A stretch of 47,020 bases of DNA from Candidatus Limnocylindrales bacterium (GCA_040883225.1 JBFLKP010000251.1:1-47020); one strand, 5' to 3'. Counted from the stretch's first letter, positions 9,147-20,124 are shown. Translations and numbers: made by a program. The notes: generated by a model not told the origin, from the letters alone.

Positions 9147-10244
9147 GTGACGTTCCCTGACTCCGGTCCCATCCTGCTCTTCGCGCTGGCCGGCCTGGTC
9201 GGTGGGGTCTTCCTCTTCGCCCGGGGCCTCATCGCCTATCGGCGCGACCGCCTCATCTCGTCGGTGGCGACCTCCAGCCTTGACGGCATCGCCGCGGGAG
9301 AGGTGCGCGTGAGCGGGGTCGTGGAGGCCCTCAACGGCACGCTCATCTCGCCGCTGCAATCGGTGCCCTGCGTGTGGTACCGAGCGAAGGTGGAGACGAC
9401 CGGCGACAACAGCCGCGTGCTCATGTCCGAGGAACAGTCGCGCGAGTTCCGCATCAGGGACGAGAACGGCGCCATCCGCGTCGTGCCTCGGGGCGCCCGC
9501 TGGGAGATCGGTGCGGTCTTCGACGAGCGGACGAGCTGGACAGGGGCCGAGCCGCCCGGGCTGAACCGCCGCTCCGGAGCCAGGTACCTGCTGGCCGAGC
9601 GCGAGGTCGATCACATGTCCGAGCTCGAGCGCGAGGCCGCCGCGCAGGCCCTGCTCACGGTCAAGCGACCGGTGGCCGCCACGCCCGCAGACGACTGGGA
9701 CCAGGGTGGCGGCAGCTTCTTCGCTGCCAAGCAGACCGAGGGGCGGCGCTACCGGGAGGCACGGCTCGAGCCCGGGCAGACGGTGACGATCGTCGGCCAA
9801 GCCTGGCCCTGGGGCGAGGTGCAGGAGGTCGTGCTCGCCTGGAACCCGTCGGACAACGTGGAGCGAGACATCGCGGGCGACATCGCCTGGGCCCGTGAGT
9901 TGGGCGTGCTCGCCGCCAGCCCGGAGGAGGCGTGGGGCAACGCCGCCATCCCGGGGTTCGGCATCGGTGCGCCGACGGCCCGGCCCGAGCTCCATCCCGA
10001 GGCCCGCGAGCCCGAGGTACCCGAGGATCCGTCTGTGCACGAAGACGCCCTGGCCAAGTACGACATCCCCGACGAGGAGCTCGTGCTGTCGCGCGGCTTG
10101 CGGGGCGGGATGGCCGTGTACCTCGGCTCGCCCGAGGCGGCGACGCAACACCACGACGCGGCCTTCTTGTTGGGCGTCATCGGCGCGGTCATGGCGGCGC
10201 TGTCCGCGTTCGGGCTCGGGGCACTCCTCACGGGTACGCTGTAG
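9147..10244 (+). CDS. GIDE (E3-ligase-like) domain membrane protein, N- and C-terminal TM helices
   Basis: An N-terminal TM helix (ILLFALAGLVGGVFLF) is followed by SLDGIAAGEVRVSGVVEALNGTLISPLQSVPCVWYRAKVE, the pattern I recognise from bacterial GIDE domains. There is a C-terminal TM helix (FLLGVIGAVMAALSAFGLGALL). It sits directly upstream of lemA. Confidence 0.7.
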   Translation: MTFPDSGPILLFALAGLVGGVFLFARGLIAYRRDRLISSVATSSLDGIAAGEVRVSGVVEALNGTLISPLQSVPCVWYRAKVETTGDNSRVLMSEEQSREFRIRDENGAIRVVPRGARWEIGAVFDERTSWTGAEPPGLNRRSGARYLLAEREVDHMSELEREAAAQALLTVKRPVAATPADDWDQGGGSFFAAKQTEGRRYREARLEPGQTVTIVGQAWPWGEVQEVVLAWNPSDNVERDIAGDIAWARELGVLAASPEEAWGNAAIPGFGIGAPTARPELHPEAREPEVPEDPSVHEDALAKYDIPDEELVLSRGLRGGMAVYLGSPEAATQHHDAAFLLGVIGAVMAALSAFGLGALLTGTL

Positions 10245-10246
10245 CC

Positions 10247-10822
10247 GTGGCAGTGGAGTTGGCGCTGGCCGTCGGCCTGGTCCTCGCGCTCGTGCTCATC
10301 GTTTTCCTCGTGGTCGTGACCTACAACAACGTGGTCGCGCTGCAGCGGCGATGCCAGCGCGCGTGGGCCAACATCGACGTGGCGCTCAAGCAGCGCCATG
10401 ACCAGCTGCCCAACCTCGTGGCCGCAGTCCGGGGCGTGATGGCGTTCGAGGAGCAGGTGCTCGAGCGGGTGGCCCAGGCACGGGCGGCATACGAGCCCGA
10501 GGCCTCGATCCACGACAAGGCCGTCGTGTCGGAGGAGACCTCCTCGGCGGTGCGCTCGCTGTTCGCGACGGTCGAGAACTATCCCGACCTCAAGTCGCAG
10601 CAGAACGTGATGGCGCTGCAGGATGAGATCGAGCGGCTCGAGACGCTCATCGCCCGCCGACGGGAGCTCTTCAACAACCAGGTCTACCAGTACAACGTGG
10701 CCATCACGACCATCCCCGGTGCGCTGCTCCGGCCGCTCTTCGGCTGGCGCGAGGTCGAGATGTTCTCGACCGATGATGAGGAGCGCGAGCGGCCTGCTGC
10801 CGACATCTACGCGGAGGGGTAG
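10247..10822 (+). CDS. lemA: LemA family protein
   Basis: An N-terminal TM helix is followed by YNNVVALQRRCQRAWANIDVALKQRHDQLPNLV...ENYPDLKSQQNVMALQDEIERLE..ARRRELFNNQVYQYN, the canonical LemA signature. GTG 10247 lies 3 nt after the GIDE stop. Confidence 0.9.
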   Translation: MAVELALAVGLVLALVLIVFLVVVTYNNVVALQRRCQRAWANIDVALKQRHDQLPNLVAAVRGVMAFEEQVLERVAQARAAYEPEASIHDKAVVSEETSSAVRSLFATVENYPDLKSQQNVMALQDEIERLETLIARRRELFNNQVYQYNVAITTIPGALLRPLFGWREVEMFSTDDEERERPAADIYAEG

Positions 10823-10825
10823 CCG

Positions 10826-10945
10826 GTGGCCCAGGGGCGAAACGGCTGTGCCAGCAGCCTCACGACGCTGGTGGTCTTCGCCGCCCTGATGATGACCTTG
10901 GTGGTCGTGGCAGCGATGGTGCTCGTGCGCGCCATCCTCGGCTGA
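10826..10945 (+). CDS. predicted 39-aa single-pass membrane smORF (MAQGRNGCASSLTTLVVFAALMMTLVVVAAMVLVRAILG)
   Basis: Too short for the ORF track. GTG 10826 is 3 nt after the lemA stop, and a GGAGGGG Shine-Dalgarno sequence (10813-10819) sits 6 nt upstream. 36 of 39 codons end in G/C, like the real genes here. The core is hydrophobic. Confidence 0.45.
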   Translation: MAQGRNGCASSLTTLVVFAALMMTLVVVAAMVLVRAILG

Positions 10946-10966
10946 GCCGGCCCGGCCCATGCGGCA

Positions 10967-11602
10967 CTACGGAAGCGGGATCTCGGCGCCCGTATCCTTC
11001 GTGCGCTGGTAGGTGGCGCTGAGCTGCGCATACGTCTCGGCCAGCCGATCTGCCTGCGCGATGAGCGCAGGGTCCGCGTGGCGATCGATGATCTGGCGGA
11101 GATGCCACGCGCACCAGTAGCGGTTCTTGTGGTCGTACTCGCCATCGGCCACGCGCCAGATCTCCTCGTTGAGGCGGATGTCGTGGGGGATGGCGAAGGC
11201 GTCCATCGTGTCTTCGTAGCTGAAGAGGTAGAAGAAGTTGTCCCAGCCGCCCCACGTCAGCCCGCCGAGGCAGAGCGGGCAGGGCTCGTGGGTGCTGACG
11301 AAGAACGTGTCCCTGGCCGATGGGCGCTCGCGGGACGGGATGTCGTAGAAGGCGTTGATGGTGGCGATCTCGCCGTGGTTCAGCGGGTTGGCGGTCTCGC
11401 GGTTCGTCACCGCCACCACCGTCGAGAGGTCCGCCTTGCGCAGAACGGCTCCGCCGAAGACCTTGTTGCCCTCGACCACGCCGGCCCGGGTGAGCGGCAC
11501 GATCTCGTCCTCGATCACCGCCAGCAGGCGGGCCACCAGGCGCACTGGATCATCGGTGAGCCGGGCGAGGTCCGACGCATCCGGCATGCGAACCTGGCTC
11601 AT
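10967..11602 (-). CDS. CMP/dCMP-type zinc deaminase family protein (nucleoside/nucleobase deaminase)
   Basis: Has Zn-ligand motifs NHGEIATI (HxE) and THEPCPLC (PCxxC), plus a C-terminal extension of about 80 aa. It starts 7 nt downstream of the oxidoreductase gene. Confidence 0.75.
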   Translation of the reverse strand: MSQVRMPDASDLARLTDDPVRLVARLLAVIEDEIVPLTRAGVVEGNKVFGGAVLRKADLSTVVAVTNRETANPLNHGEIATINAFYDIPSRERPSARDTFFVSTHEPCPLCLGGLTWGGWDNFFYLFSYEDTMDAFAIPHDIRLNEEIWRVADGEYDHKNRYWCAWHLRQIIDRHADPALIAQADRLAETYAQLSATYQRTKDTGAEIPLP

Positions 11603-11609
11603 CGAGCGC

Positions 11610-12614
11610 TCATGGTGCGACCACGACCCTTCCGGGTGCGCGGCTCTCGTCCTGGTAGCGCAGCGCCTCGGCCGCCTCGTGCAGGCGGAAGGTGCGATCG
11701 ACCACGGGCTTGAGCTCCCCTGCCTCGATCATGGCACTCAGGATAGCGAGGTCGTCCTGGCTGTCCTGGTGGATCAGCGGCCGCACCGACTGCTTCGAGA
11801 GGACCGCCCCCAGGGCCCCCGTTAGCCAGCGGTCGACCGTGCCCATGAACAGGCGCTCGAGCCCGCGCGGCTCGTTGCCCGCGGCAGAGTACTTCGAGGA
11901 GCCCACCATCACCAGCGTGCCCTCCTCGGTGAGGGCGCGGCGAAGCGCGCGGGTGGGCCGGTCGCCGACGAGGTCGAGGATGATGTCGTAGCGGTTCGCG
12001 CCCGCGAGATAGTCCTCGCGCCGGTAGTCGATGACCCGGTCGGCGCCGAGGTCGAGGACCAGTTGCGCGTTCCGAGCGCCGGCGACGCCGGTCACGCTCG
12101 CGCCATGGGCCTTGGCGATCTGGACCGCCATCGTGCCCACGCCGCCAGAGGCGCCGATGATGAGCACCTCGTGGCCGGGCTTGATGCCGCCCTTGTCACG
12201 CAGGCCCTGCAGCGCCGTGAAGGCCACGACCGGCACCGAGGCTGCCTCTTCGAAGCTCAAGCGCTCCGGCTTGCGCAGGAGGTTGCCGACCGGGACGGTG
12301 ACGAACTCGGCGAAGGTGCCGCCGTTCCAGCCGAAGACCTCGTCGCCCGGGGCGAACTCGATCACGCCTTCACCGACGGCCTCGATGATGCCCGCAAGGT
12401 CCTGGCCGGGGATGGGGCTGCTGGGCCGGCGCAGGCCCGTCGCTGTGCGAGCGAAGTACGGCAGGCCGCGCATGAGATGCCAGTCGTCGCCGGCCACGGT
12501 CGTGGCCTTGACGCGGACGAGGACCTCGCCGGCCTTGGGCGTGGGTGTCTCGAGCTCCCGCAGTTGCAGGACCTGGGACGGGATGCCGTACTCGCGCTGG
12601 ATGATGGCCTTCAC
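11610..12614 (-). CDS. NADPH:quinone oxidoreductase / zinc-type alcohol dehydrogenase superfamily (MDR) protein
   Basis: Starts VKAIIQREYG and carries the nucleotide-binding motif IIGASGGVGTMAVQIAK. GTG 12614 is preceded by GAGGAGG at about 6 nt, and the longer ORF-track N-terminus was rejected. Confidence 0.85.
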   Translation of the reverse strand: MKAIIQREYGIPSQVLQLRELETPTPKAGEVLVRVKATTVAGDDWHLMRGLPYFARTATGLRRPSSPIPGQDLAGIIEAVGEGVIEFAPGDEVFGWNGGTFAEFVTVPVGNLLRKPERLSFEEAASVPVVAFTALQGLRDKGGIKPGHEVLIIGASGGVGTMAVQIAKAHGASVTGVAGARNAQLVLDLGADRVIDYRREDYLAGANRYDIILDLVGDRPTRALRRALTEEGTLVMVGSSKYSAAGNEPRGLERLFMGTVDRWLTGALGAVLSKQSVRPLIHQDSQDDLAILSAMIEAGELKPVVDRTFRLHEAAEALRYQDESRAPGRVVVAP

Positions 12615-12709
12615 TACTGGCCTCCTCTGTGGCTGGGTCGTCCGTCGCCTCCCGGTCTCCCCGCCACGACCTGGGCATACGGTGTAAGTGCTTGATGGTG
12701 GTACCCTAT

Positions 12710-12728
12710 ACATACATCGTAAGTATGT
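12710..12728. promoter_or_regulatory. candidate TetR operator: inverted repeat ACATAC-N7-GTATGT in the divergent intergenic region
   Basis: A perfect 6-bp inverted repeat in an AT-enriched patch, between the oxidoreductase start (12614) and the tetR start (12788). Confidence 0.3.
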
Positions 12729-12787
12729 CAACCGGGTAGCGCGCGGACTTACGGTGTAGGCTCAGCGTCCATGAAGGGGTTCCATCG

Positions 12788-13465
12788 ATGACCACGAAGA
12801 CCAGGGGTCGCCCGCGGCGACAGACCTTGTCCCGCGAGCGCGTGCTCGAGGCTGCCGTGGCCTTCGCCGACGAGCGTGGCCTCGAGGAGCTGAGCATGCG
12901 CAAGCTGGGCCAATCGCTCGGTGTGGAGGCGATGTCGCTCTACAACCACGTGGCCGACAAGGACGACCTGCTTGACGGCATCGTCGACATCGTGGCGCGT
13001 GAGCTGGAGCCGCCAGATCCGGAGCTCGACTGGCGAGCGGCGCTGCGCCGGTGCTCGATGCGCTCGCGCGAGGTGCTGTTGCGCCACCCCTGGTCCGCGG
13101 CGCTGGCCGAGTCACGAGCCCAGTCGGGACCCGCACGGCTGGGCTACCTCGAGGCGCTGCTGGAGATGCTCCGCGGAGCCGGGTTCTCGCCCTCGGGGGC
13201 GTACCGCGTCAACCTCTTTGTCGACAGCTACGTCTACGGCTTCGTGCTGCAGGAGGTGGCCTGGCCGACCGAGAGCGACGAGAGCTTCGATCCTGCACAG
13301 GACTTCGCCCAGCGGACCGCTTCCGAGCGGTTCCCCCGCCTGGTCGAGGTGGCCCGGGTGGTGGCTGATGGCGACTGGGACCCGGCGGCCGACTTCGAGC
13401 GCGGGCTGGACCTCATCCTCGACGGCGTCGAGACGATGCTCGAGGCGGACCGAAGCGCGGGGTAG
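12788..13465 (+). CDS. TetR/AcrR family transcriptional regulator
   Basis: The N-terminal HTH region reads LSRERVLEAAVAFADERGLEELSMRKLGQSLGVEAMSLYNHV. The C-terminal domain resembles a tetracycline-repressor ligand domain. Confidence 0.9.
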   Translation: MTTKTRGRPRRQTLSRERVLEAAVAFADERGLEELSMRKLGQSLGVEAMSLYNHVADKDDLLDGIVDIVARELEPPDPELDWRAALRRCSMRSREVLLRHPWSAALAESRAQSGPARLGYLEALLEMLRGAGFSPSGAYRVNLFVDSYVYGFVLQEVAWPTESDESFDPAQDFAQRTASERFPRLVEVARVVADGDWDPAADFERGLDLILDGVETMLEADRSAG

Positions 13466-13756
13466 GCCGGGCCGAAGGCGAGCGGCCCGAGCGCGGGCAG
13501 CCCACGGGGCAGGCGTCGTGGACAGCGCCAGTGCAGCTGCGGCGCCTCGCGCGGCAGGGATCCGGACGGTAGCGCCATCATCCTGTCATCGGCGACGCCT
13601 GCTCGCCAGCGGTCGATCGCCGGCGTGTCGAGATCGCCCGCGTGCGGAGCAACCAGCCGCGTGCACGACCAGCGCCTTCGCCGCGGGGCCTCTCGCAGCC
13701 GAGCCGCCGCGCTTCCGGCGCGCCGCCGCGGCCGATGTCCGACCTCGGGAATCGGC

Positions 13757-13785
13757 GAGGCCGGCCCCATGGTGGGGCCGACCTC
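13757..13785 (-). terminator. GC-rich stem-loop downstream of rpoD (putative intrinsic terminator, no U tract)
   Basis: GAGGcCGGCCCCA-TGG-TGGGGCCGaCCTC forms 8+4 bp with one mismatch, about 56 nt past the rpoD stop. Confidence 0.4.
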
Positions 13786-13840
13786 GGCGCGCGGATCGGA
13801 GTGCGGGCCGGTCCACGCGCGAGCGGCACCGGCCAGGCCG

Positions 13841-15695
<1,855 letters not shown>

Positions 15696-15706
<11 letters not shown>

Positions 15707-17660
15707 GTGCTACCTCCATTTGATCCGCTTGGTCTGCTTGCTTGGGATGGATCCGTCGTCGTGCGAGCAGCGACGTGTCGTCGACCGCCCGGTCGAGCTC
15801 GAGACGCCGGCGCTGGAGGTCGAGGACCTCCTGCTGGAGTCGTCCGAGCTCGGCGTCGTCATCGGCCGCCTCTGCCTCGGCAAGGCGGGCCCGGGTGTAT
15901 TCGATGCGCTCGGCCAGCCGAGCCTTCTCGAGGGTCAGCAGGCTCTGGTCGATGGCCTGCTCGATGGCCGCCTCGTCGTCGGGCAGCGGCGTGGTTTGGG
16001 CCATGAGCGTCTGCGCCACGGTGCGCGTCGTGGGCTCGAGGTCCTCGATGAAGGTCTTCAGCTCGAAGCGGTCGGAACCGTGCTGGGTCAGCCGCTGCCC
16101 GAGGGCCTTCCACAGCTCGCGCGCGGGCGTGGTCTCGAATGGGTCGCCCTCGATCTTGCCGGCCGTGGCGTGGTAGCGGCTGGGATAGCGCATGTGCAAA
16201 CGCAGCAGGGCCGCCTCGGCCGGATCCACGGCGCGCTCCACCGCTCGAGGGTCGAGCGCATCAGGCTGGGCCATGATGGCCTCGAGGTTGATGCGTGCGC
16301 CGGCGTGCGCCGGCGTGCCGCCCCGACCGGGCGCCGGCTCCTCGCGCCGGCGCAGGGCCTCGAGCAGCGTGCGCTCCTCCACGCCCGAGCGCCGGGCCAG
16401 CAGTTGCAGGTAGCCGTCGCGGCGGACGGGATCGCCGATGGTGCGCAGCGTGGGCAGCACCTCCGCCACCAGCCTCTCGCGGCCGCCCACCGACGAGGTA
16501 TCGTGGCGGCCCGCAGCGCGATCGATGAGGAACTCCATGATGGGCTGCGGGTCCTCGGTGGCCGCACGCCAGGTGTCAGGGTCATCGCGGATGATCTCGT
16601 CGGGGTCGCGATCGTCGGGCAGACGCACGACGTCCACATCGGTGAGCCGGCCACGGTAGGGCGAGCGTTCGATCTCGCCCACGAGCGCGGTCAGCTCGGT
16701 CGCGCCGAAGGCGGCGGCCCCCTGCCCCGCCGGATCCACGTCGTAGGCCAACGCGATGCGGGGGGCATAGCGGGTGAGCAGCTCGACCTGGCCCGCGGTG
16801 AGCGCGGTGCCCATGGAGCAGACCACGTTCTCAAAGCCCGCCTGATGGGCCATGAGCGCGTCCGTGTTGCCCTCGACGAGCACGGCCACGCCGGACTTGC
16901 GGATGGCCGACTTGGCCTTGTCGATGAGGAACAGCGTGCGGCCCTTGTCGAAGAGCAGTGTCTGGGGTGTGTTGAGGTACTTGGGCCCGGTGTCCGGCCC
17001 CTGCGCGCCAAGGATGCGACCGGTCATGCCCGTGGCTCCACCGCTCGCATCGCGGATGGGAAAGATGACGCGCGCGCGGAAGCGATCGTAGTAGCCGCGG
17101 CCCGAGCGGCGCCGGCTGATGAGGCCGGCAGCCTCAAGGTCTCCCTCGCTGACCTGGCGCTTGCGGCGCACGGCGGTGTTCATGGCGTCCCAGGCATCGG
17201 GCGCCCAGCCCAGCCGGAAGGTCTCGATGGTCTCATCGGTGAAGCCGCGGTCGTGCAGGTAGTCGAGCGCGGGCTTGCCGGCGGGATGCTCCGTGAGGAC
17301 CGTGTGATAGAAGGCGATCGCGCCATCGAGCGCGTCGCGGACCCGCTTGCGCTGGGCGTCCTCACGGGTGGTGCGCTCGCTGAGCTCGACGCCGGCGCGA
17401 CCGGCAAGGGAGCGCAGCGCCGTGGGGAAGTCCACGCCGTCACGCTCCATGACGAAGTTGAAGACATCCCCACCGCGGCCGCACCCGAAGCAGTGCCAGC
17501 GCTCGCGCGCGGGCGTGACCGTGAACGAGGGGGTCTTCTCACCGTGGAAGGGACAGAGACCCTTGAAGATGGTCCCAGCCTTCTTGAGCTGGACGCTCTC
17601 GCCGACGATCTCGACGATGTCCAGCTTCTCCTTGATGGTTGCGGCGACGCCGACTGACAA
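15696..17660 (-). CDS. dnaG: DNA primase
   Basis: Has the zinc ribbon [34 protein letters not shown] and the TOPRIM motifs [10 protein letters not shown] / [10 protein letters not shown]. It uses a TTG start, and its 3' end overlaps rpoD by 11 nt. Confidence 0.95.
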
Positions 17661-17767
17661 CTAGGGAATGCCTCTTGCTCTCGTGTCCGCTGCGCCCACA
17701 ACGCTCCCGGATCCGACCTTCACCAGCAGGTCGCCGCGCCCAGAGCCCTGTTCCGCCGACGCAGGGT

Positions 17768-17902
17768 TTGACGGACACACCAGTGGCCTTGTCAAGTCTT
17801 GACAAGGCGCTAGACCGTCATGGTAGGGCTTGACAAAGGGGTTGACAAGCAAAGATTCCGACATTCTTTGTGCCGTCGGGGCTTGACAAAGGGGTTGACA
17901 GA
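17768..17902 (+). repeat. array of seven TTGAC(A/G) cores: a perfect 23-bp palindrome plus an exact 22-bp direct repeat, upstream of dnaG
   Basis: TTGACG lies at 17768. The palindrome GCCTTGTCAAG-T-CTTGACAAGGC spans 17786-17808. GGGCTTGACAAAGGGGTTGACA occurs at 17826-17847 and again at 17879-17900, 53 bp apart. A CAAAGA-N9-TCTTTG hairpin lies between the two copies. The region is visibly less GC-rich than its surroundings. Confidence 0.8.
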
Positions 17903-17995
17903 GGTGAGGCCGGTGTGGCGGACCTGGCAACGAAGTGTCGTGGCGTCCACAGGATGCCAGCCGCGATCGCCCTGCCGCGACAGCAGGCTGCCGCG

Positions 17996-18994
17996 TCACA
18001 AAGCGGCAAGGAACGCCCGGGTGGCCTCGATAGAGGCATCTGGCTGGTCCCAGAAGATGTCGTGTCCCGCATGGTCGATGACTCCGAGGCGAGCGTCGGG
18101 ATACCACGACGCGTGCCGCCGCTGCAGCTCCGGCCCGATCCAGGTGTCGCACGCGCCGGCCAGGAAGAGGATCGGCGTGACGACCGAAGAAGCGGTGGCC
18201 CGGATGCGATCAAGTGGCGCCTCCAGCTCCGGTCCACCGAGCACGTCCGATGCCGCTGACCCCCAGCGCCAGCGCGGAGCGTCATACGTCGTTGCGGGGC
18301 AGCGGTACGGGTTGTCCGGGTGCGAGACGAAGAACGGGATGATGCGCTCGCCCACGAGGAAGTCCTTCGCGGCGTGATCGTCAGGGCCGTCGATATGCTG
18401 GGCCTCGAAACCGGCCTTCGCCGCCAGCCAGAGGTAGCCCGGACCGGACATCAGCGAGCGATAACGCGTCCGCCACGCCCGGAGCTCGTCGGCCGAGAGA
18501 TAGCCAGGCTCGGCCAGGACGGCGCGGCGCACGAGTCCCGTCGCCCGCGCGAGATAGGCGGCCGCGAGGGTGCCACCCCAGGAATGGCCCACGAGGTCGA
18601 CCGGCTCGCCGCGGCCGAAGCGCTCGACGAACCGATGCACGTCCTCGACCGCGGACTCGAACGTCAGCTGGTCCGCTGGAACGCGACCGGAGAGCCCGGC
18701 TCCGCGCTGATCGAAGAAGACGACCCGGTGCGAGTCGGCGAGCCGGCTGAGCGCCTCCAGGGAGCGGTAGTCCGCGCCCGGCCCGCCGTGGAGCACCAGA
18801 AGCACGCGCGCACCGGGATCGCCGTGCGTCTCCGCATGGAAGGCGTGGCCGTCGATGATGACGCGCGGAAGCGACGGGTCGTCGTCCACCGTCGGCGGGA
18901 CGTCGTCGTCACCGCCCGTGGCGACATACATGCCGACGAGGGCAGCCACAGCGCCGAGGGCGACGATCACGACGCCCGCGACGAGCCAGATCAT
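17996..18994 (-). CDS. alpha/beta hydrolase (proline iminopeptidase-like), N-terminal TM anchor
   Basis: Has the HGGPG oxyanion motif and the nucleophile elbow GHSWGG. The N-terminal helix is IWLVAGVVIVALGAVAALVGMYV. Confidence 0.85.
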   Translation of the reverse strand: MIWLVAGVVIVALGAVAALVGMYVATGGDDDVPPTVDDDPSLPRVIIDGHAFHAETHGDPGARVLLVLHGGPGADYRSLEALSRLADSHRVVFFDQRGAGLSGRVPADQLTFESAVEDVHRFVERFGRGEPVDLVGHSWGGTLAAAYLARATGLVRRAVLAEPGYLSADELRAWRTRYRSLMSGPGYLWLAAKAGFEAQHIDGPDDHAAKDFLVGERIIPFFVSHPDNPYRCPATTYDAPRWRWGSAASDVLGGPELEAPLDRIRATASSVVTPILFLAGACDTWIGPELQRRHASWYPDARLGVIDHAGHDIFWDQPDASIEATRAFLAAL

Positions 18995-20124
18995 CGCGGC
19001 TCCTTCGCGCGCTGCAGGAGCGGCAGGACCCGCGAGAGGATGAAGCGCACGTGGCGGGAAGGGTCATCAGCCTGGTCGAGCGTGCCGGTGATGACGTCGT
19101 CCTTGGCCGTGAGGTAGGCGAAGGAGTTGGTGGAGCCGGACACGCCGACCAGCTGGGGCAGCTGGCGAGCGAGGAAGAAGATGCGCCCCGGGCGCCACCG
19201 CCATGTGCCGTAGCCGTAGTCCAGGCCTCGGCTCATGGCGTCATCGGTCCAATCCGCCGCGAGCCGGTCGAGCGGCATGGGCAGACCACGCTCGAGGCCG
19301 CGGATGAGCCTGCCCAGGTCAGCCGCGGTGGTAGCCAGTCCGCCGCCGGCCTGGTCGAGGGTGAGCGACGGCGCTCGGGTGATGTTCTGGTCGCGGACGA
19401 ATGCATCGGCGAGCTCTGGCATCCCGTCGGGGCGGCGCTCGAAGACGTGATACCACGTGTGCGTCATGGCCAGTGGTTCCAGGACCCGCTCACGGACGAC
19501 CTCGTGAAAGGGTCGGTTCGTCACGCCCTCCAGCACGAGCCCGAGCAGGTCCCAGTTGAGGTCCGAGTAGAGGAATCGCTCACCGGGCGCTGCGAACGGC
19601 GCGTAGTGCTCGCGGACGTAGTCGAGCAACTGGTCGCGGGTCCACCGTCGCTCCGGCTCCGTCAGCATCAGCTCGGCCACGCTCGGGGCACCATCGGCGG
19701 TGGGGTGGACCTCGTCATCGAAGTAGTCCGGCAGGCCGGAGCGATTGGCCAGCAGCATCCGGGCGCTGATGCACGCGATCGCGTCCTCGCCGCCGGCGAC
19801 CGGCAGACCCTCCAGCACGTCCCGCTCCAGCACCGTGGCGATCGGCGCGTCGAGTTCGAGAGCGCCCTCATCCACGAAGGCGAGCACCGTCGCCGCCACG
19901 GCCAGCTTGCCGATGCTCGCCGACAGGATCGGCGTCTCGGGTTCCATCGGCCGCCCGTCACGCTCGTCGGCGATCCCGCCGGCCCAGCTGCGCTCGACCC
20001 CCAGCCGAGGCGCGTCGACGTGCAGGACGGCGTTTCTGACGGTTTCGCCGTCGACCGACCGCTCGAGCGCGGTCTGGAGCCTGTCCACGGCATCGGCTGG
20101 GTCGAGCCCGAACAACTTCATCAT
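18991..20124 (-). CDS. serine hydrolase, beta-lactamase/transpeptidase-like (class C / DD-peptidase family)
   Basis: Carries an SxxK motif in SASIGKLAVAAT and a YSD(L)N motif. The start is trimmed to MMKLFG at 20124. An ATGA overlap joins it to the downstream hydrolase. Confidence 0.85.
   Translation of the reverse strand: MMKLFGLDPADAVDRLQTALERSVDGETVRNAVLHVDAPRLGVERSWAGGIADERDGRPMEPETPILSASIGKLAVAATVLAFVDEGALELDAPIATVLERDVLEGLPVAGGEDAIACISARMLLANRSGLPDYFDDEVHPTADGAPSVAELMLTEPERRWTRDQLLDYVREHYAPFAAPGERFLYSDLNWDLLGLVLEGVTNRPFHEVVRERVLEPLAMTHTWYHVFERRPDGMPELADAFVRDQNITRAPSLTLDQAGGGLATTAADLGRLIRGLERGLPMPLDRLAADWTDDAMSRGLDYGYGTWRWRPGRIFFLARQLPQLVGVSGSTNSFAYLTAKDDVITGTLDQADDPSRHVRFILSRVLPLLQRAKEPR

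Noticed and set aside
13466-13840. 375-bp gap between tetR and rpoD, searched for a gene or a known ncRNA (SRP, 6S, RNase P-like motifs)
   Set aside because: All ORFs here are Arg/Pro-rich with no ribosome-binding site. I recognised no conserved ncRNA motif. Only the terminator-like hairpin at 13757-13785 is reported. A covariance-model scan (Rfam/Infernal) would be the decisive check.
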